Of a stretch of 41,890 bases of DNA, positions 35,472 to 41,890 are shown one piece after another. The position numbers were made by a program, and so were the translations under genes. The DNA is from a virus (taxonomy: Duplodnaviria; Caudoviricetes). The notes beneath the pieces are model-generated. The model ran no database searches. It was not told the DNA's origin and was given only the letters and a program-made list of their open reading frames with translations. The stretch is taken from positions 1 through 41,890 of the IMG/VR virus record IMGVR_UViG_3300050144_000076, one strand, 5' to 3'. Within the stretch, counting starts at the first letter, position 1. Every line of letters begins with the position of its first letter.

Positions 35472-36186
35472 TCTCGGCCTCGATCCAGTGACCGCCGAAC
35501 AGGCGATCAGGCTTCGTCTTCGCGGAAACCTTGGCGCTCAGCGACCAGCGCGAAAAACGAATGCGCAGACCCGCGAAGACGGCGTGATCCCTACCGGCCT
35601 TGATGCCCTCGCCGGCCTTGATGCCATCGCCGGCCTTGATGCCATCGCCGGCCTCGATGCCCTCGCCGGCCTTGATGCCCCAGCCGGCCTTGATGCCCTC
35701 GCCGGCCTTGATGCCCAAGCCGGCCTCGATGCCCCAGCCGGCCTTGATGCCATCGCCGGCCTCGATGCCCCAGCCGGCCTTGATGCCATCGCCGGCCTCG
35801 ATGCCCCAGCCGGCCTTGATGCCCTCGCCGGCCTTGATGCCCCAGCCGGCCTTGATGCCCTCGCCGGCCTTGATGCCCTCGCCGGCCTTGATGCCCTCGC
35901 CGGCCATCAGCAGGCCCGTCAGCACTGCGCCCTTGGCGATCACCAAGCTCCCAGCGACGAACAGGTGCTTCATCTCGGCAACGCACTCGACTTCCAGCAC
36001 CGCGTCCTTGTCTGCGCCGACCTTGGTCAGCAGCCACGAGGCGTCAGCCGGGCGGTCGTCTTCTGCCAGCGCGTTCAGCACCACCTGGTATTCGGCGGCA
36101 CCGTCAGCGAACCGACGCAGAAACCAGCCGTAGCCATCGGTGCATGCGCCCAGCTCGCGCAGCAGCTCTTTCGTGATCATCTTCAT
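35455..36186 (-). CDS. Hexapeptide-repeat (beta-helix-like) protein
   Basis: 17 x G[E/W/D/L]GI[K/E]A; N-terminus ITKELLRELGAC..GY.WF. Confidence 0.8.
   Translation of the reverse strand: MKMITKELLRELGACTDGYGWFLRRFADGAAEYQVVLNALAEDDRPADASWLLTKVGADKDAVLEVECVAEMKHLFVAGSLVIAKGAVLTGLLMAGEGIKAGEGIKAGEGIKAGWGIKAGEGIKAGWGIEAGDGIKAGWGIEAGDGIKAGWGIEAGLGIKAGEGIKAGWGIKAGEGIEAGDGIKAGDGIKAGEGIKAGRDHAVFAGLRIRFSRWSLSAKVSAKTKPDRLFGGHWIEAENDRAE
35596..35901 (-). repeat. 17 x 18-bp coding tandem repeat
   Basis: Unit GGCCT(T/C)GATGCCnnnGCC on the + strand, 306 bp, in frame. Confidence 0.93.
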
Positions 36187-36200
36187 GTGTTGTCTCCAGC

Positions 36201-36821
36201 TCAGCGAACGGTCAGTCGGAAGCCCAGCGGCGCCAGCTTGGCGCCGGGCACGGCCCGGCCAGCCTTCAGGGCGTCGAGGATTGGCTTCTTGGCAGGCAGC
36301 ATCGAGAACACGGCGTGTTCGCTAGGGATGCCGCCGATGGTGATGTCCAGGCGGGTGCCGGCCTCGTCGCACTTCTGCACCACCACATCCACCTCGGGAT
36401 CGTTCAGGTCGAACTTCGCCGTCTTGTTGAGGAGGTCGGTCGGCAGCGCGTCGGCGTCGATCACCTCCACGCTGGGCGGCATCTTGGCGAGGTTCAGATT
36501 GAACTCGGGGGCGCGCAGCGGAAGCGCCAGCCCGCTGTTCATCAGGCCGATCTGGGCGTACATGCGCAGGCTCTCGGCGCGGCGCTCCAGCACTTCGGCG
36601 GCTTCGGTCATGCGCTTGGCGTGCGCGTTCTTCGCTGCAGCGTCGGATTCGAGCTGCAGCGCGAAGGCGACGATGGCGCGGATCTTGTCCGTCACGTCAC
36701 CCTGCATCGACTCCATCGTGTCCATGACCACTTCGACCGGAAGATCCAGGTCGGACAGTCGGTTGAGGTCAGCCTGGTACTGGCCGATGATCTCGAAGAG
36801 GTTGGGGCGTTCGTTGCTCAT
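36201..36821 (-). CDS. Siphovirus Gp157-like protein
   Basis: LFEI..QY N-terminus, coiled coil, PPSVEVID...P, K..I..ALKAG..VPGAKL; AGGAG RBS. Confidence 0.85.
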   Translation of the reverse strand: MSNERPNLFEIIGQYQADLNRLSDLDLPVEVVMDTMESMQGDVTDKIRAIVAFALQLESDAAAKNAHAKRMTEAAEVLERRAESLRMYAQIGLMNSGLALPLRAPEFNLNLAKMPPSVEVIDADALPTDLLNKTAKFDLNDPEVDVVVQKCDEAGTRLDITIGGIPSEHAVFSMLPAKKPILDALKAGRAVPGAKLAPLGFRLTVR

Positions 36822-36870
36822 GGGGTTCTCCTGGGCGCCCTGGTCGGGCGCCGTCGTGGGTTGTTGTCCG

Positions 36871-37539
36871 TCAGAACCAGTCAGCGCCAGCAGGCTCTTC
36901 TTGATCGGCGCCCGGCTCGTAGCCGCCGCCTGTGCCCCCACCGTGGCCCGCATTGGCGCGGCGCTTCTTCAGCGGCTTGTCGCGCAGCGCCTCCACCATT
37001 TCGGTCAGTGCTGCGGCCGGCTTCTTCTCCAGGATCTCGCGGGGGGTCTGGTTCGTCCCGGCATCGAACGTGGCGACGATGACCATCTTCCAGCCGGTTC
37101 CGCCGTCGCCGCCCGTCTTGGCGTACTCCTCGGCGATCAGCAGCAGGCCGATCTTCTTGCCCATGAGCGACGGGTACAGCGTGGCCTGGGTCATCTCCTC
37201 GCGGCCGGCAGCCCGGTTCCACTTCATGACCTTGCCGGGTGCAGGCTCCAGCGAGCGCAGGCGCAGCGCCGTCATGATCGCGTCGAGCACCTTGCGGCCG
37301 TAGGTCTCGCGGCCTTCGCTGTTGACGGTCCAGATCGTCAGGTATTCGGCCGTCTGGCCGGTGTCCGACTTGAACGACAGCTCAATGCCGTGCGTGCCCT
37401 GCTCGGACACGACGGCCTCAGCGCGGACGAACTCGCCGACGTAGGCGCCTTTTTCGGTGATGAAGCTGGAGACGCCGACTTGCTTGGCGCCCTCGGCGTT
37501 GAGGGTGTAGACGGGCGGGGTCTTGGAAGTGGTAGCCAT
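36871..37539 (-). CDS. Putative single-stranded DNA-binding protein (DUF669-like)
   Basis: Downstream of the Sak4-like ATPase; I.E.G.Y.G N-terminus; acidic/aromatic tail EEPAGADWF; GAGG RBS. Confidence 0.7.
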   Translation of the reverse strand: MATTSKTPPVYTLNAEGAKQVGVSSFITEKGAYVGEFVRAEAVVSEQGTHGIELSFKSDTGQTAEYLTIWTVNSEGRETYGRKVLDAIMTALRLRSLEPAPGKVMKWNRAAGREEMTQATLYPSLMGKKIGLLLIAEEYAKTGGDGGTGWKMVIVATFDAGTNQTPREILEKKPAAALTEMVEALRDKPLKKRRANAGHGGGTGGGYEPGADQEEPAGADWF

Positions 37540-37568
37540 GTGGTCCTCGGATGGGTGGGTGGGTGTGG

Positions 37569-37772
37569 TCAGAAGGAAAGCTGTTGGTGCGCGGCAATCG
37601 CCAACAGCGCGACAAGGAAGGCGAGAAGGGCATCCAGGGCGAAATCGCGCAGCTCTGGACGCGGAAGGCCACGGCTTCGGCCGGAAACCTTCCAGGCGAT
37701 CAGCTCGCCGCCCAGCGCACCGAGCGTGACGACGGACGCCGCCAGCAGGGAGGCAATCAGGTAGCCAATCAC
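37569..37772 (-). CDS. Small membrane protein
   Basis: GTGA coupling to the HNH stop; two hydrophobic segments. Confidence 0.5.
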   Translation of the reverse strand: MIGYLIASLLAASVVTLGALGGELIAWKVSGRSRGLPRPELRDFALDALLAFLVALLAIAAHQQLSF

Positions 37773-38182
37773 GCGGACACCCCGATTCCGTAAGCCAAAG
37801 CGCGAGCCGACAGGGCCTCGCATTCGGTTTGGAAGATGCCGATATAGCGACCGCCGAATTGGGCAATCCACTTGTCTCCGCGCCGATAGACGCCGCGACC
37901 CTGGCGGGTGCGATTGAGTTGGTTTTGTTGCGCAGTCGCGCAGCGCAGATTCGAGATGCGGTTGTCCAGCTTGTTCCGGTTGATGTGGTCAACCAGAGGT
38001 GGCACCGTCCCGTGCGTCATGAAGAAGATGACGCGGTGAACGTAATACTGCTTGCTGTCGATGCGGGTCGTCAGATAGCCAGAGCCGTTGACGCTTCCGA
38101 CCGACGTACCCGTTCGTCTGCTGATGAGTTCGCCGGTTTCCGGTCGGCACTCGTAGAGAGCATTTAGGCGGGCAATGTTCAT
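37769..38182 (-). CDS. HNH homing endonuclease (HNH_3 with AP2-like C-terminus)
   Basis: YVHRVIF, VDHINRNKLDNRISNLR, GVY....KWIAQ; lower GC than flanks. Confidence 0.9.
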   Translation of the reverse strand: MNIARLNALYECRPETGELISRRTGTSVGSVNGSGYLTTRIDSKQYYVHRVIFFMTHGTVPPLVDHINRNKLDNRISNLRCATAQQNQLNRTRQGRGVYRRGDKWIAQFGGRYIGIFQTECEALSARALAYGIGVSA

Positions 38183-38829
38183 GCCGCCACCCCGATTCCA
38201 TAGTAATCGCAAATCGCCGTGTCCACGGCCGCCAGATCGTTCGGGATCAACTGTTCAGCGAACATGCCCATCGGCGACTTCGTGGTGTCGGTGCCGTCGT
38301 TCTGGGTGCGGAAGTGATACTGGCCGTCGCGGGCCATCGTGCGCAGAACGATGGTGACCAGCCCTTCCGGGGTGATCTTCTCGTCGAGCAACTTGCCGAT
38401 GGTCTTCATCTTCGTGCGGCCGAAGTCGTCGCTTGCGGTGTGCGCCAGGATGTAGACGCGCCGGTCGTCGTCCAGACCAGCGGCGGCCATCAGCACGTTC
38501 CATGCGTGCCGACCGATCTCCGTGAACTTCTCGAAGCCCTTTTCGTCGCTTCGGCGCATGAACTCGTTTGCGAGCACGTACTGAAAGTCATCGACGATGA
38601 CGATTTCGCGCTGAATCTTGCGCATGGCGGCTTCGATCAGCGCGGGGTTATCGGTCTGGATGATCGACCCGGTACCCGTCGTTTTTGTGTAGGGCTTCCA
38701 GTTCGCGGAACGGAACGGGAGTGGCTTGCGCACCGCCTGAATCAGCAGCGTGCGGGCGGGGTCCAGGTTGCGCAGGGATGTGGACTTCCCTGTTCCTGAC
38801 TCGCCCAAGATCATGGTTGCAATGGACAT
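38179..38829 (-). CDS. Sak4-like (AAA_24) recombination ATPase
   Basis: GESGTGKS Walker A, IVVDDFQY, TIGKLLDEKI.PEG, KSPMGMF. Confidence 0.88.
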   Translation of the reverse strand: MSIATMILGESGTGKSTSLRNLDPARTLLIQAVRKPLPFRSANWKPYTKTTGTGSIIQTDNPALIEAAMRKIQREIVIVDDFQYVLANEFMRRSDEKGFEKFTEIGRHAWNVLMAAAGLDDDRRVYILAHTASDDFGRTKMKTIGKLLDEKITPEGLVTIVLRTMARDGQYHFRTQNDGTDTTKSPMGMFAEQLIPNDLAAVDTAICDYYGIGVAA

Positions 38830-38871
38830 GGATTTCGGCTTTCTGCTCTGGTTGGTTGCTGGGGTGAATGA

Positions 38872-38913
38872 ATTGTGTGTCCTTGCGGGTATCTTTGCAA
38901 CTGTTCAGATAAC
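38872..38913 (-). promoter_or_regulatory. Leftward sigma70-like promoter overlapped by the paired operator motif
   Basis: Minus strand TTGCAA-17 bp-CACAAT; GTTATC-N5-AGTTGC-N3-GATACC-N5-GGACAC. Confidence 0.6.
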
Positions 38914-38931
38914 TATCTGAGACGCACAAAA

Positions 38932-38949
38932 ACTGTTCTGCGCAACAGT
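38932..38949. promoter_or_regulatory. SOS (LexA) box-like site
   Basis: ACTGT-tctgcgca-ACAGT = CTGT-N8-ACAG in an intergenic region. Confidence 0.55.
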
Positions 38950-39344
38950 CAGAACTCCTCGATCTCCCAGCCGCCGCCGTCCTTCTTGGCCTGCCGGTAG
39001 ACGGCCAGGAAGCGGAACGGGTACTGGTCGGCGGCGACCTTGATCTTCACGCGGGCATCGTCTTCCCAGATCCCGCCCTTGACCTCGTGCATCTCCAGTT
39101 CGCCACCGGCCAGCATCACGGCGAAGTCGGGGCTGTAGAAGGTCAGGTCGGCCAGCCGGAGCTTCACGCCCTCGAAGCGCCACCAGAGCACCCGGCCGGC
39201 CAGCTTCTCGGCTTCGAGGCGCGCCGCATAGGCCGCCTCGGTCTTGTTCATCACGCCGGCCTTCAGCCGCCCGAGGGCGAGCCGCCCAGCGCCAGCAGCA
39301 CCTCGGCCAGTAGGTCGGCCTCCGGCCAGAATCGTCGTGCCCAT
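38949..39344 (-). CDS. DUF1064-like PD-(D/E)XK endonuclease
   Basis: MNKTEAAY, YSPDF, HEVKG motifs. Confidence 0.82.
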   Translation of the reverse strand: MGTTILAGGRPTGRGAAGAGRLALGRLKAGVMNKTEAAYAARLEAEKLAGRVLWWRFEGVKLRLADLTFYSPDFAVMLAGGELEMHEVKGGIWEDDARVKIKVAADQYPFRFLAVYRQAKKDGGGWEIEEF

Positions 39345-39559
39345 GCTTTCGTCCCGATGTGGTGGATCCCGTCGGCGCCGCGGTGGTGCAGGTAGCACAG
39401 CGGGATCGTGTGGTGGTGTGGTGCGCGCTTCCAGCCTTGGCCGGCGCGGATGTGGTGGACCTCGGCCGGCGTCTCGCCCAGCGCCAGCCGGCGGCAGACG
39501 ATGCAGCCCAGGCCGGCCACGCGGCCCATGTGGGCGCTCTCCGCGGCCGTGGCGGTCAC
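39263..39559 (-). CDS. Ref-like (recombination enhancement) HNH nuclease
   Basis: GCIVC, EVHHIR, IPLC..HHR, GIH motifs; GTGA coupling. Confidence 0.82.
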   Translation of the reverse strand: MTATAAESAHMGRVAGLGCIVCRRLALGETPAEVHHIRAGQGWKRAPHHHTIPLCYLHHRGADGIHHIGTKAWARRFWPEADLLAEVLLALGGSPSGG

Positions 39560-40056
39560 GCGATGCCCTGTGCCCGGCACCAGTCGCGGTAGCCGGTCAT
39601 CAGGCGCTGGAAGAGCTGCGCGGCGGTGGGGCTGGTGTCCAGCTCGCGGCGACTGCTGACGCGGCAGAACTGGCGCATGTGGCCGGCCGCCTGTTCCTCG
39701 CGCTGCTCGGGGTCGTCCGGCTGGAAGCCCTGCACCTCGGCGACGAACCGCTGGAAGTCGGGCGACTTGCTGATGATGCCGGCGCTCTTCGACAGGCCGG
39801 TGCCCCTCGGCAGGCCGAGCGTGGCTGTACTGGCCGGCGCCGCGGCGTCGGTCACCGGCTGCTCGTCGTCGCCGATCTCGACCAGCACGGCCATGAACCG
39901 CTGCCCGGCAGTGTTGCCCTTGCGGGTCGTCATGTGCCGGAAGGCGTCCAGTGCCTGCGCGTCCGGTAACCAGAAGGAAACCTTCGCGCCGCTGTGGTGG
40001 CTCTCCGTCCACGAAGCCAGCATCAACTCGCCCTGAAACGCGGTGCGCACGCTCAC
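39556..40056 (-). CDS. Hypothetical phage protein
   Basis: GTGA couplings on both sides; AGQRFMAVLVEIGDDE, C.V.SRRELD. Confidence 0.65.
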   Translation of the reverse strand: MSVRTAFQGELMLASWTESHHSGAKVSFWLPDAQALDAFRHMTTRKGNTAGQRFMAVLVEIGDDEQPVTDAAAPASTATLGLPRGTGLSKSAGIISKSPDFQRFVAEVQGFQPDDPEQREEQAAGHMRQFCRVSSRRELDTSPTAAQLFQRLMTGYRDWCRAQGIA

Positions 40057-40295
40057 AGCGCGCCCGCCGCCAGGAGTTGCCCCAACGTGACGCCGGCCAG
40101 CACCAGCGCGGCGACCGCTACCACCCCAGCGCCGCCGAACAGCAGCCACAGCGCCACGCGGTCGGCGAGGTTGTCGCGCTCGTACCCGATGGGCAGGACC
40201 GGGAGCGACACCCCCAGCAGCACCCCCAGCACGGCCAAGACACAGCCGAGAAGCTGCAGGTGCAGCATCGTTTGGATCAGTTCGATTCCGTTCAT
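40053..40295 (-). CDS. Small membrane protein
   Basis: 80 aa, two hydrophobic segments. Confidence 0.55.
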   Translation of the reverse strand: MNGIELIQTMLHLQLLGCVLAVLGVLLGVSLPVLPIGYERDNLADRVALWLLFGGAGVVAVAALVLAGVTLGQLLAAGAL

Positions 40296-40331
40296 TTCCA
40301 GCCTTTCGTAGGGTCTGTGCCCCGTGTTTGT

Positions 40332-40700
40332 TCAAGCTGCTCGCCAGACCTTGATCAGACGAGCGTGTGACGCTGGGCGCGTCGTGTTCCGGACCTCGCC
40401 CGTGAAGACCACCAGCCCAGCCTTGCGGGCCACCTTGGGCACCGAGCCCCAGGCGTTGACGGACTTGGGCGCCGGAACCTTCTCGGCCTCGCAGTGGTTG
40501 CGGAACTGCTCGAAGGTGAAGTCGGCGCCATTCACCTTGACCAGGAAGGCCGGCAGGCGGGCCAGCACCAGCGCCAGCCAATCAGGGCCGGCGCTCTGCA
40601 GCGCGGCGAGCTGCCCGCGCTCCTTGCGCTGCCGGGCCGCGCTGCGCATGACAGCGGGACGCCCGACCGGCGGCAGATCAGCGAACAGGTCGCCGGTCAT
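40332..40700 (-). CDS. Hypothetical protein, possible winged helix
   Basis: ATGA coupling; FTFEQFR...P...NAWG......AGLV..TG...SHAR...VW pattern. Confidence 0.65.
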   Translation of the reverse strand: MTGDLFADLPPVGRPAVMRSAARQRKERGQLAALQSAGPDWLALVLARLPAFLVKVNGADFTFEQFRNHCEAEKVPAPKSVNAWGSVPKVARKAGLVVFTGEVRNTTRPASHARLIKVWRAA

Positions 40701-41252
40701 GCCGCGCCGCCTTTCATGCGCTCGACCGCTTGGCGCAGCCGCTGGACGATCAGGGGGTTCGGCTTGGTGCCGCGCCGAGGGGCCGGCAAGGCCGGTAGAA
40801 CGGCCGGCAAGGGCTTCCATTCGCCTTTGGCTACCTCTGCGGCCAGCAGGCGCTCCCAGCGTGCCCTGACGCCCGGCGTGTAGCCGCTATGGCGCAGGTC
40901 ATAGCCCCCGAACTCCACGGCTGCCCAGAAGATCGCAGGATGCCGCCACTGCGGGTTCTGGCCGGCGTCGCGCAGCGCCATGTTCCGGGCCGCCTCGGTG
41001 AAGGCGTCGGCGGCATCGATGGGTGGACGGCACAGCGCCAGGAACTCGGGCAGCGTGGGCGGGAACCGGCAGGTGTTCAGCGCCGCCATGCCGCGCTCGA
41101 CCTCGCTGACGGTGTAGCCGCCCAGGCCGGCCGCCCACTCGTCGATCAACACGTCTTGAGGGACAGCGCCGAAGCGGTCCATGAACTGCGTGCCGTACCG
41201 GGCCGTGAGGCGCTGCAGCAGGCCGGTCACAGCCTCGCGGCTGGCCGAGCGG

Positions 41253-41890
<638 letters not shown>

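Noticed and set aside
35596-35901. 18-bp repeat array as a CRISPR array
   Set aside because: Units are contiguous with no unique spacers, keep a reading frame, and no cas genes are present
35434-37764. 776-aa plus-strand ORF with LDAxAG repeats
   Set aside because: Antisense shadow of well-supported minus-strand genes in GC-rich DNA

Overview
The window is a complete, circularly assembled temperate siphophage-like genome of about 41,763 bp. Bases 1-127 duplicate 41764-41890, which looks like an assembler k-mer overlap. It is GC-rich, and the host is probably a betaproteobacterium (inferred from the tRNA-His, H-NS-type and Xis-type proteins and a CTGT-N8-ACAG box). Rightward (late) genes: a small basic peptide, a PP-loop/PAPS-reductase-like gene and ParB; TerS and PBSX-type TerL; a portal fused to MuF; protease/scaffold; capsid; neck; tail tube; frameshifted tail chaperone; tape measure; a GTA-like tail tip (DUF2460, DUF2163, NlpC/P60, large repeat-rich J); and a lysis cassette with a GH19 endolysin. 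Early functions are split into four leftward operons: cro-O-P-ref-DUF1064; Sak4-HNH-SSB-gp157-integrase; MoxR/CobS-like AAA plus vWA-like partner; and DUF488-Xis-H-NS fusion. Each is preceded by a shared ~37-bp double-operator motif. The most interesting signals are: (1) an unannotated 47-aa Lys-rich peptide ending in Gly-Gly at the head of the PP-loop ATPase + ParB operon near the terminase; (2) an attP-like region with IHF sites around a degenerate anticodon-loop copy plus a complete tRNA-His; (3) a (CAGC)15 repeat inside the replication initiator next to the origin iterons; (4) an in-frame lipoprotein signal on a tail-tip protein; (5) a 369-aa H-NS-domain fusion; and (6) a repressor without an autocleavage domain combined with an SOS box. 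All family assignments come from motif recognition by eye; no searches were run.
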